Source: Lytechinus pictus (Eukaryota). From it: a stretch of 64,000 nucleotides of DNA. Positions 61,313 through 64,000 of this stretch are shown here, piece by piece (position 1 is the stretch's first letter; every line of letters starts with the position of its first letter). The notes under the pieces were generated by a model. The model was not told the origin of the DNA. It saw nothing but the letters and a program-made list of their open reading frames with translations, and ran no database searches. The stretch is taken from positions 11,968,001 through 12,032,000 of the forward strand of contig NC_087250.1 in assembly GCF_037042905.1 (NCBI RefSeq), read 5' to 3'. A program made the position numbers and the translations under genes.

Positions 61313-63259
61313 TTTCCTGTTAAATAAAATTCATTCTACTTTCTCACAAACTTGTGTAAATTAAACACTTGTTAATGAATAATTCTATTGAAAATAATGA
61401 ACGATAAACTTCAGCAAGAAAAAAATATATATATGAAAATAAAAAAAAATAGAAGAGAAGGAAAAAAAATCCACATAGAGTATTGAACACAAAAACAAAA
61501 CAAATCAAAATACACACAAAGACAAGCACAGAAGTCACAAACATGAAACAGTCAAACCATGAGCATAAATCTTTTCGTTTCTTTCTTGGTATTTTATTTT
61601 TAATTCTGGATAATGGGACTGGTCAAGATCAGGAGCACAGACAACCAGGACACAACCACATGGCAGCTGAGGTGTTTGACAGCTACGTCAGCCAGTGTCT
61701 GATGTGAGATTTGGTAGTTCAGATCTTAGTTGTGCATCCATGCATCCATTATTTATTCGAGAAGTCTTGGCATGAAAACACCTTTGAAATTCCTGGGAAA
61801 AAAATGAAACAAAGAAAAATAGTGAAATTTTTTTGTTCAAAACTTTTGACTGTAAATTCATTAGAGAAAAAAAATCACTTCAAAGAGCTTTTAATATTTA
61901 AAACAATGTGCTCATATTGGAGATAAATTATGTTTAGCATACAGTAATTTTCAGACAAAGAATGGACCATAATACATACTATAGATTGCAGTTGTAACTC
62001 TTCTGAAAGCAGTGAGAATGGAATTGTAATTTGACTTTGTAGACTGCAGTGCAGCCGTACGCCTTGGTATCAAGATAACCTACAATTACATTTGTAAGGA
62101 TTTATATTCATCTCTCAATCTCATGTATTCGAAAATTAAACTAAAACAAAGTCATAGTATAAATCATATACAAAGAAAATTATATAATTAAAACTGGACA
62201 CAACAGAATGATAAAATAGATATAAGACATTCAATAAATGAAAATGCTAAATGCATAATGCAGAAAATATCACATGTTTAAAAAAAAACAATAAACACTA
62301 GATTCTGTCTTCATTACAAATTAATAGATTATTGATTGATAAACATACATGTACATGTACATGTAACCTTGACTATGCAAATTACAATTGCCAAAGGGAT
62401 TGATTTAGGATAGACCTCTATTTTGATTCCAAGAGAATTTAAAAAGCAAAGAACAAGAAAAAAAAATCTTTCCAACACTCAAACTGGGAGACGTCCTCGA
62501 TAACCTTGCGGGATATGAAACTGAAATACGGAAAATAGGAACTTGGTCTTTTGTACACAATTCTCTCTCCCCAGTCGATGTTAACACATCAAGAAATACA
62601 TAAATATATTTTTCAAATGTCATGGCAAGTGAGCATGTGGATTATTTATACCACAAATATCCAGAAAAAAGGGGTCCGGAAAATTGAGGATAGACTTTAA
62701 AGTCTTTATATTACATGAAGATCTGCTTTTCTAATAAAAAATAAAAATAAAAAAACCAAGGCAAAAGACGTCTACGCAACTATTGTTACAAACAGTAGGA
62801 GTAAGCAGGGAGTGGGTTGGGCCATTTTAATTTTTATAAATTATAGCCGATTAAAAAAAAAATCAAATAAAGCCTAAAAAAGGTTGCTCAGCTCAAATGA
62901 CCTTTAAGTACATACACCCCTATTAATAATAAAAAAAAAGAGCTATAGATCTAGTAGATTCTATGCATGATAACATTTAACCTGGGTCTGGAAACAGGAT
63001 GGGTGAGGTGGCACCACAGAACACCCCCCCCCCCCCCCCGGCCCCGCCTTCAAAACAGAGTCAACTTACATGTACACTCACTTACAAGTTACAGTTAGAG
63101 AAATTATAGTTTATACAAATCAACAAGTCTAATTAATTTTTTTAGAATATTGCATGATCATAAAGCCATAATAATCAAATAGGGACTTCCTTCATTTATT
63201 TATTTTAAGTGCTGATTTAATTATACATAAAAAATGAAACATTCATGATGAGACTAATA

Positions 63260-64000
63260 GTTGGTACTCGCGTACCGTGCATTGTCAATTGGAGTCGTTA
63301 ACTACACAAAATCCATAGCGAGCAACACGGCAGCCAACGCGAAATCTGTTCGCGCCCTCCGACGGGGGCCGAAATTTTCATAATCTGGTCGATACAGGCC
63401 CTTTTTCATGCAGAACGAGCAATCAGTGAGCATTGGTGAGTACGATTGATTTTGGTTTCAAAAAACCAAAAAACATTTCTGAATTCTTTCTAATACAGTC
63501 TTTTAATTGCCAAATGTTGCCAGATATGGATAAGTGTACAAATTACACAAACTTAGTGAGAAAAGTGAAGAAATTTTGACTTACCTTGTCGGGTTGAGTC
63601 GCTCGCGAGGGGTTGGATCAATGTAAACATGGAAAACTGCATATCGCACGAAAGAGAAAATAGTTTAGGTTAATGATATGCCGAGATTTTGGAAAACGAC
63701 CCAATCACTTTTAAATGAGAATGGTATCAATTCGCACATGTCGAATCACCGATAGCTAGAGAAGCACCGCGGCTGCAGCAAAATCCTCCGCACACTACGT
63801 ACAAAATATAGTACGAGCGCGAGAGCGCCATCTTGTGGTGAATGACGATGCCTACTCAAATATATAGAAATATAGAATTTACCTGAATCTCAGACCCGTC
63901 TTATTTCCAAGAGCAAATGCTGGTTATTCTTTTTCCGTTATTTTTTTCTTCAACCAGTTGACTGTGTGCGCGGGCGACCGAATTATACGGCGACGGATTT
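63260..64000 (-). promoter_or_regulatory. CpG-rich promoter-like region upstream of the transposase-like gene
   Basis: YY1-type CGCCATCTT at 63826-63834, CCAAT at 63701, and minus-strand donors (gacaag|gtaagt near 63585; ttcag|gtaaat near 63883). Confidence 0.4.

Overview
Eukaryotic, AT-rich, repeat-dense genomic DNA from an invertebrate animal. The repeat style and gene content suggest an echinoderm such as a sea urchin; this is inference only. Three spliced protein-coding genes can be rebuilt by hand with phase-consistent GT-AG introns: (1) a secreted 2xEGF + fibrinogen-related-domain (FReD) protein, + strand, about 3578-17718, about 350 aa; (2) a GPI-anchored Ly6/uPAR three-finger protein, + strand, 37332-40600, 129 aa; (3) an uninterrupted two-exon 935-aa DDE (CxxH-type, hAT-like) transposase-like protein with a C-terminal Spindlin/Tudor-like module, - strand, 57140-61312. 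The rest is a nested collection of mobile DNA whose termini and target-site duplications (TSDs) are readable. It includes two inverted copies of a non-autonomous hAT element (8-bp TSDs), a 4.25-kb Mutator/foldback-type element with about 765-bp arms and a 9-bp TSD, and an AcademH derivative carrying a RecQ-like helicase fragment (TAG..CTA ends, 9-bp TSD). There are also CACT-ended, Kolobok-type, piggyBac-type and P-type MITEs, L2/CR1-group LINE fragments, tRNA-derived SINEs and long microsatellites. All calls come from manual reading; no database searches were run.
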